A DNA stretch of 64,000 nucleotides from Patescibacteria group bacterium. Its GTDB lineage: Bacteria > Patescibacteriota > Minisyncoccia > Moranbacterales > DUUL01. Each line of letters starts with the position of its first letter. The stretch's first letter is position 1. The stretch is taken from NCBI GenBank assembly GCA_034658815.1, contig JAYEFY010000048.1:62020-126019 (forward strand), written 5' to 3'. The notes below the pieces were generated by a model. That model was given only the letters and a program-made list of their open reading frames with translations, had not been told where the DNA came from and ran no database searches. The translations under genes were made by a program, and so were the position numbers. This document shows positions 58,935-64,000 of this stretch, in pieces.

Positions 58935-59501
58935 ATGAATCAAATGATCATCGGTCTGGTCGGTGAGACGGGGTCTGGTAAAGATACCGTAGCTGATCAT
59001 CTTCATGACAAATATGGCGCAAAGTTAATGAGATTTGCCGATCCAATGAAAAGCACGTTGTCGATATATTTTGACAAGCTTTCTAAGGCGGATCAGCAAT
59101 GGTTTTACCATGTATTTAAACAGCGATTCGGAGAGGATATTCTGTGTCGTGCAATGAGGAAACATCTTGAGCGCGAAGCTGCGCAACTTATAATGATAAA
59201 TGGTCTTCGAATGCCTTGTGACCATGATTTTATTAAAAGTTATCCGCGCGCGAAAGTACTATACGTAACTGCTGATCAGAAAATACGCTGGCAGAGAGTA
59301 ACAAGCCGTGGAGAAAAAACCGACGACAATATTTCTTTTGAGAAATTTAAAGAACTTGATAAGCAGGAGACAGAGATACATATTCCCGAAATTGGCAAAA
59401 AAGCCGATAAAACAATTGTAAATGAGAAAGATCTGGAGTATTTGCTTTCAGAGACCGATAAATTTATGGAAGAATTGAAAATTAAAAAAAAGCAGGTTTA
59501 A
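58935..59501 (+). CDS. P-loop nucleoside/nucleotide kinase-like protein ((d)NMP kinase-like)
   Basis: GLVGETGSGKDT Walker A at N-terminus, ~190 aa. Distant resemblance to the 63331 product. Specificity unknown. Confidence 0.4.
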   Translation: MNQMIIGLVGETGSGKDTVADHLHDKYGAKLMRFADPMKSTLSIYFDKLSKADQQWFYHVFKQRFGEDILCRAMRKHLEREAAQLIMINGLRMPCDHDFIKSYPRAKVLYVTADQKIRWQRVTSRGEKTDDNISFEKFKELDKQETEIHIPEIGKKADKTIVNEKDLEYLLSETDKFMEELKIKKKQV

Positions 59502-59570
59502 AAAGAGAAACACAGAATTAGTTTTTGCGTAAACAATGCTAAAAAAGCTTGTAAGTTAAAAACATAAAAA

Positions 59571-60110
59571 ATGCAGAACAAAAAAGCAAAAACGACGCGC
59601 TTAAGTTGGGATGAAACATTTATGAATTTAGCGCTTTTGGTCGCGAAACGAACATCTTGCAAGTTTCATGAAACGGGTGTTGTTTTCGTGGATAAACGGA
59701 AAAGGATCATTTCTATGGGTTACAATGGTCCCACTGAAGGAGATTTACATTGCATCGAGGTTGGGTGCGCAAAAGTCGATGGCGATCCTAAAACAGGAAA
59801 ACTGTACAGATGCCGAGGCGCTCATGCCGAAATAAACGGCATTATTAACGCGCAAGATACGCGGAGACTGCGGGAAGCTACGGCGTATTTGGTTCTTTTC
59901 CCGTGTTACGATTGTATGAAGGCGCTTAATAACGCCGGGGTAAAAGAAATTGTTTATTATGAAGAATATAAAAGGATTCAAACAGGCGGCGAAAAATTTG
60001 AAGAAGAAGACGAGGCCCATGATTTGGCGAAAAAAAGAGGAATTAAAATCAGAAAATATAAAGGGGCGATCTACTGCAGTCATGAAAAACAAGCTCAATG
60101 CGATTGTTAA
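59571..60110 (+). CDS. dCMP deaminase (ComEB/cytidine-deoxycytidylate deaminase family)
   Basis: HAEINGI and PCYDCMKAL zinc motifs. Confidence 0.8.
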   Translation: MQNKKAKTTRLSWDETFMNLALLVAKRTSCKFHETGVVFVDKRKRIISMGYNGPTEGDLHCIEVGCAKVDGDPKTGKLYRCRGAHAEINGIINAQDTRRLREATAYLVLFPCYDCMKALNNAGVKEIVYYEEYKRIQTGGEKFEEEDEAHDLAKKRGIKIRKYKGAIYCSHEKQAQCDC

Positions 60111-60203
60111 AAAATGGCAGGATAGGACATAAATAAAAGTGCGAAAATTAATACGGCGTTTTATTTTAGTGATAAAACGGAGGAGAAATGCAAATATAAT
60201 TAT

Positions 60204-61022
60204 ATGGGAAAAGTATTGAAATTAAATGAAATTAATAAATTCATAAAACCTTATTCTTCTGTTTCTGCTGGCGGTTTTTTTGATTTATTGCACATTGGGC
60301 ATGTTCGTTTTTTAAAAAAATGTTCTAAATTTAAATATCCTCTAGTGGTTAGTATAATGTCTGATAAATATGTAAGGTCTATGAAAGGATTAGGGCGGCC
60401 AATTCAAAATCAAAATGATAGAGCTGAGATTATTGCTTCGCTAGGCTTTGTTGATTATTCCGTAATTATGAATTTACCATCTTATGATTTTAGATATTTA
60501 AGTATCTTAAAACCTAAAATATATATATTTTCCAAAGAAAACCTTGAATTTAGATTAGACAAAAAAAGAGAAATTGAAAACAAATATCCTAAAACAAGAG
60601 TTGTCTTTTTGCCTATACAATCTAAAAAAATAAGTACTTCATTGCTAGAACGAAATATTATCAAAAATGAACTAAAAAAATTAAGAGATCCAATCAAATT
60701 TGAAGTATACAAAATAGCTGCCCGAAGCAATGTTGAAATAGGTAATGTCGGGACGTTAATTGTTTATAAAAATAAGATTGTAGCAAAAGCTTGCAATACA
60801 AGCAAGGAACATGCTGAAATGCGTGCTCTGCGGATCGCGAAAAGAAAAAAGATTCCTCTTTCTAAGTGTAAAATATATTCAACCATACCACCGTGTAAAT
60901 TATGCGCTGAAAAAATAGTTCAACATAAAATCAAAGAAGTTTATTATATGGATACTTGCTTTAAAGGCGAAGGATTAAACTTTTTAGAAAAAAATAACAT
61001 TAAAGTATTAAAATATAATTAA
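60204..61022 (+). CDS. fusion protein: cytidylyltransferase-like (HxGH) nucleotidyltransferase domain + CDA-fold deaminase-like domain
   Basis: [15 protein letters not shown] (HIGH nucleotidyltransferase motif) N-terminally. HAEMRALR...[10 protein letters not shown] (H-A-E / PCxxC) C-terminally. Strongly AT-rich relative to flanks. Confidence 0.5.
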   Translation: MGKVLKLNEINKFIKPYSSVSAGGFFDLLHIGHVRFLKKCSKFKYPLVVSIMSDKYVRSMKGLGRPIQNQNDRAEIIASLGFVDYSVIMNLPSYDFRYLSILKPKIYIFSKENLEFRLDKKREIENKYPKTRVVFLPIQSKKISTSLLERNIIKNELKKLRDPIKFEVYKIAARSNVEIGNVGTLIVYKNKIVAKACNTSKEHAEMRALRIAKRKKIPLSKCKIYSTIPPCKLCAEKIVQHKIKEVYYMDTCFKGEGLNFLEKNNIKVLKYN

Positions 61023-61032
61023 TTCATTAAGC

Positions 61033-62034
61033 ATGCGAAAACAGCATCCAGAACATCAATATCTTAATCTCCTTCAAGACATTTTAGATAACGGGTCCGA
61101 TAAAGAACTTTTTTTTACCCCGGAAGTTTTACAGCAATATAAGGATAGAGGCGTTGGGCCGCCTTATATCCGGTCTGTTTTTGGCAGGCAAATCCGCTTT
61201 GATTTGTCAAAAGGTTTTCCTTTGCTAACTACCAAGAAAACATTTATCCGCGGCATTATTTCCGAACTGCTTTGGTTTTTAAAAGGCGATTCTAATGTTA
61301 AATATTTAGTTGATCGCGATGTTCATATCTGGGACGAATGGGCTTGGAAAGGATATCATAAACATTGTTTGGAAAATTGTCCTGAAAAAGATATATCCCA
61401 GGAAGAATTTATAGCAAAATTAAAAGAACTGTCTGCTGATGACGAATTTGTAAAAAAATGGGGCGACCTAATTACTATTTACGGAACAATGTGGCGCAAA
61501 TGGCCGGCTTCGGACGGCAGGGAAATTGATCAGCTTGGCTGGGTTATTCAAGGATTAAAAGACAAGCCGTTTCGCAAGTCTTATGTTGTGTCAGCATGGA
61601 ACCCGGATTTTATTTATGCTATGGCTTCTGAAAAAAATAAAAATGAAGTTCCGCCTTTTTGCCATACCACCTATCAATTCGCGGTTACTAATGGCAATAA
61701 ATTAAATTTAGGATTATATCAAAGAAGCGCTGATGTATTTTTGGGCGTTCCGTTTAACATAGCAAGCTACGCCTTGCTTTTAATGATGGTCGCGCAAGTA
61801 ACTGGATTAGAAGCAGGAGATTTTGTGCATACATTCGGCGATGTACATACTTATTCCAATCATGTTGATCAGATAAAAGAACAGCTGTCCCGCGAACCCA
61901 GACCATTTCCAACTATGAAATTAAATCCAGAAATTAAAAATATTGATGATTTTAAATACGAGGATTTTACTTTAGAAAACTATAATCCGCATCCGGCCTT
62001 AAAAGCGGAAATTGCCAATATCGGAGGGTTTTAA
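61033..62034 (+). CDS. thyA: thymidylate synthase (ThyA type, with insertion)
   Basis: Full-length ThyA similarity ([13 protein letters not shown] catalytic-Cys region, [16 protein letters not shown]). Confidence 0.9.
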   Translation: MRKQHPEHQYLNLLQDILDNGSDKELFFTPEVLQQYKDRGVGPPYIRSVFGRQIRFDLSKGFPLLTTKKTFIRGIISELLWFLKGDSNVKYLVDRDVHIWDEWAWKGYHKHCLENCPEKDISQEEFIAKLKELSADDEFVKKWGDLITIYGTMWRKWPASDGREIDQLGWVIQGLKDKPFRKSYVVSAWNPDFIYAMASEKNKNEVPPFCHTTYQFAVTNGNKLNLGLYQRSADVFLGVPFNIASYALLLMMVAQVTGLEAGDFVHTFGDVHTYSNHVDQIKEQLSREPRPFPTMKLNPEIKNIDDFKYEDFTLENYNPHPALKAEIANIGGF

Positions 62035-62052
62035 AAGTTAAAAAGTTTAATT

Positions 62053-62523
62053 ATGGTCTCAATAATAGTCGTAATTGGCAAAAACAGGGAAATTGGCTGC
62101 AACAATAAATTACTTTGGGATATTCCCGAAGACATGGAAAGATTCAAAAGAATTACAACGGGGCACACAGTGATAATGGGTGACAAAACATATGAATCAA
62201 TCGGATATCCGCTTCCCGGGCGCAAAAATGTTGTAGTGACTCTTGATAAAAATTACAAAGCCGAGGGATGCGAAGTGAAGTACTCTCTGGAAAATGTGCT
62301 TAATGATGCCAAAGAAGGCAGTGAAGAAGTTTTCGTTATCGGTGGCGGACAAATATACAAGCAATCGCTGCCCTATACTGATAAACTCTATTTAACAATT
62401 GTTGATGACGCACCGCAAGCCGACACGTATTTTCCCGACTATTCGGAATTCAAAAAAGTTTTAAGTGAAGAAAAAAAGGAACACAATGGAATAAAATACA
62501 GATTTCTAGAATTAGTCAAATAG
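62053..62523 (+). CDS. folA: dihydrofolate reductase
   Basis: IIVVIGKNREIG, LLWDIPEDMERFK, VIMGDKTYESIG, VIGGGQIY. Confidence 0.85.
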   Translation: MVSIIVVIGKNREIGCNNKLLWDIPEDMERFKRITTGHTVIMGDKTYESIGYPLPGRKNVVVTLDKNYKAEGCEVKYSLENVLNDAKEGSEEVFVIGGGQIYKQSLPYTDKLYLTIVDDAPQADTYFPDYSEFKKVLSEEKKEHNGIKYRFLELVK

Positions 62524-62550
62524 CTGAATAAATGATTTAAAACATACAAA

Positions 62551-63099
62551 ATGATTTTAGGGATCAAAGAACTGCACAAACTTGTCAAAGAAAAAGGTCT
62601 CGTTGAAAATTTATGCGACAGGGAACTGAATAATCCCGAGGGTGCCGGTTTTGATCTGCGCTTGGGAGAGGTTTATGAATTAGAAGGAGATGGATTTCTA
62701 GGTGTTGAAGACAGAAATACGCCTGATGCCAGGTTGGTCGCTAGTTTTGATCCCAAAAAAACGGAAAAGGAAAACTGTTTTGTTTTTGGACCGGGGAAAT
62801 ATCATCTCATCAAAACCATAGAGAAGGTGAATCTTTCTATTGATCTTTCCGGAATAATTTTTCCTCGTACGACGATGTTTCGTTCAGGACTGGGGCTTTT
62901 CAATGGTGTTGTACAACCCGGATACTCAGGCGAGTTAACGTTTGGCGTTTGCAATCTCGGACGCAGTAATATTAAAGTTTCTCTCGGTGCACGCGTGGTA
63001 CATATTACGTTTCATGAGGTTTTTGGAAAAGGCAGCCAATATCGCGGACAATGGCAAGGAGGGCGCGTCAGCACTGAAAGAAAAGAAACTCAGGTCTAA
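62551..63099 (+). CDS. dcd: dCTP deaminase / dUTPase-superfamily protein
   Basis: Length and pattern (GAGFDLRLG, GLGLFNG, beta-rich jelly-roll) fit the dCTP deaminase family. Sits in the dTMP cluster. Confidence 0.7.
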   Translation: MILGIKELHKLVKEKGLVENLCDRELNNPEGAGFDLRLGEVYELEGDGFLGVEDRNTPDARLVASFDPKKTEKENCFVFGPGKYHLIKTIEKVNLSIDLSGIIFPRTTMFRSGLGLFNGVVQPGYSGELTFGVCNLGRSNIKVSLGARVVHITFHEVFGKGSQYRGQWQGGRVSTERKETQV

Positions 63100-63330
63100 A
63101 GATATAAAAATGGATAGTCGTGATAATAAAACAAAAAATGTTTTTTCAACTGCTTACGCTGAAGCAGTTGAGAGGCATAGAGCGTATAAAACAAAAAATC
63201 TCAAAAAGATTGAACGGTTAAAAAAGAAATTAAAGGGCACCATCGACAGATTTTTAATGAAATGCAGAGGCTATTAGTTAGCATTGAAGTCTCAAGACTA
63301 AGATAATTAAAAGTTAACAATTATTGTGTC

Positions 63331-63930
63331 ATGAAAAAACATCACAAAAAGATCTTTGCCGTTGTGGGAATGGCAGGCAGTGGGAAAACTGAAGCAATTG
63401 AATATCTCAAGAGAAAGTTTCACTGGCCCAAAGTCTATTTTCCAGAAAGTCTTTTTAATGAGATTGAAAAACGAGGGCTTGAACTTAATTGGGACAACGA
63501 GCGCAAAATGAGGGAAGGTCTTCGCGGAGAGCACGGCCAAGGTGTTTTTGCAAAGCTGTCGTTGCCAAAAATCCAAAAGATGTTCAAGCAAAGTGACGTG
63601 GTGCTGGTGGAAAGCTTATACAGCTGGGATGAATACAAGATCATTAAACGCTCCTATCCTGATTATTTTGAAGTTATTGCCGTGTACGCATCTCCGGCTG
63701 TGCGGTTTGAACGATTGCAAAATAGAAAGATCCGGCCGATCAAAACCTTCAAAGAATTTCAAGAGCGGGATGAGAGCGAGATCAAGGTAACTGGCAAAGG
63801 AGGCCCGATCGCCATAGCGGATCACACGATTATCAATCATGGATCAATTAATAATCTTTACAGTGAGGTTGATAAGATAATGGTCGAAGAGGGAATCACG
63901 GAAAGTCCTCGTGCATCCGACGATCAGTGA
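63331..63930 (+). CDS. P-loop nucleoside/nucleotide kinase-like protein
   Basis: VVGMAGSGKTEAIEYL Walker A at N-terminus, ~200 aa. Adjacent to the dTMP-synthesis genes, so possibly a (d)NMP kinase. Confidence 0.4.
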   Translation: MKKHHKKIFAVVGMAGSGKTEAIEYLKRKFHWPKVYFPESLFNEIEKRGLELNWDNERKMREGLRGEHGQGVFAKLSLPKIQKMFKQSDVVLVESLYSWDEYKIIKRSYPDYFEVIAVYASPAVRFERLQNRKIRPIKTFKEFQERDESEIKVTGKGGPIAIADHTIINHGSINNLYSEVDKIMVEEGITESPRASDDQ

Positions 63931-64000
63931 AAACAGAAACTGTAAAAATATATTGATAATATGGTGGTGCGTGGTGTTGACGAATAAGAATGTTTCGTGT

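Noticed and set aside
62942-63277. 111-aa + ORF overlapping the dcd 3' end and the spacer before the last kinase gene
   Set aside because: Its start lies inside dcd in another frame. The part in the spacer (possible 55-aa K-rich peptide from the ATG at 63110) has no support beyond being open. A hairpin caactgctt-acgc-tgaagcagttg at ~63157-63180 suggests the region is a 3' UTR or terminator.
1-64000. CRISPR arrays, rRNA, tRNA, prophage or defence islands
   Set aside because: No regularly spaced direct repeats with unique spacers and no rRNA/tRNA signatures. The mobile content is limited to two transposases and one integrase fragment. No recognisable restriction, toxin-antitoxin or cas genes were found.

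Overview
This 64-kb window has low GC (roughly 38-40%), dense gene packing, and almost all genes on the + strand. No rRNA, tRNA or CRISPR array was found. Genes run head-to-tail with frequent start/stop overlaps. The content looks like a Candidate Phyla Radiation / Patescibacteria-type chromosome using the standard genetic code, since UGA is used as a stop codon. Points supporting that: a minimal housekeeping set, an archaeal-type short Cmk, Lys/Glu-rich tails on S1, S6, FtsH, HisS and FtsK, a type IV pilus PilB/PilC plus split ComEC competence module, and giant lamin-tail/PKD/Ig-repeat surface proteins.

Confidently called genes include:
- DNA and recombination: LigD 3'-phosphoesterase domain, FtsK, RuvX.
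- Transport and secretion: P-type cation ATPase, SecA, ComEC with a separate MBL-domain gene, signal peptidase I, sortase.
- Translation and ribosome: HisS, S21, YqeY, YbeY, EF-P, S18, SSB, S6, S1, methionine aminopeptidase, TilS.
- Central and lipid metabolism: DgkA, a family 2 glycosyltransferase (GT2), GalT-like, TpiA, class II FBA.
- RNA turnover and chromatin: RNase Y, HU.
- Signalling and pilus: HK + receiver, PilB, PilC.
- Others: Cmk, FtsH, and a dTMP-synthesis cluster (dCMP deaminase, nucleotidyltransferase-deaminase fusion, ThyA, DHFR, dCTP deaminase, P-loop kinases).

Accessory content: two DDE (rve) transposases (one IS481-like next to a higher-GC OmpA/lipoprotein islet), and an integrase C-terminal remnant plus GIY-YIG nuclease beside the rpsF-ssb-rpsR operon.

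The most unusual signal is non-coding. A ~120-nt intergenic element occurs in four copies, always just 3' of a +strand gene. Its outer 19-bp stem and an inner 5-bp hairpin are both preserved by compensatory substitutions. This is a strong candidate for an undescribed structured RNA or miniature mobile-element family. A second, GC-rich modular repeat family sits mostly immediately upstream of start codons, in both orientations.
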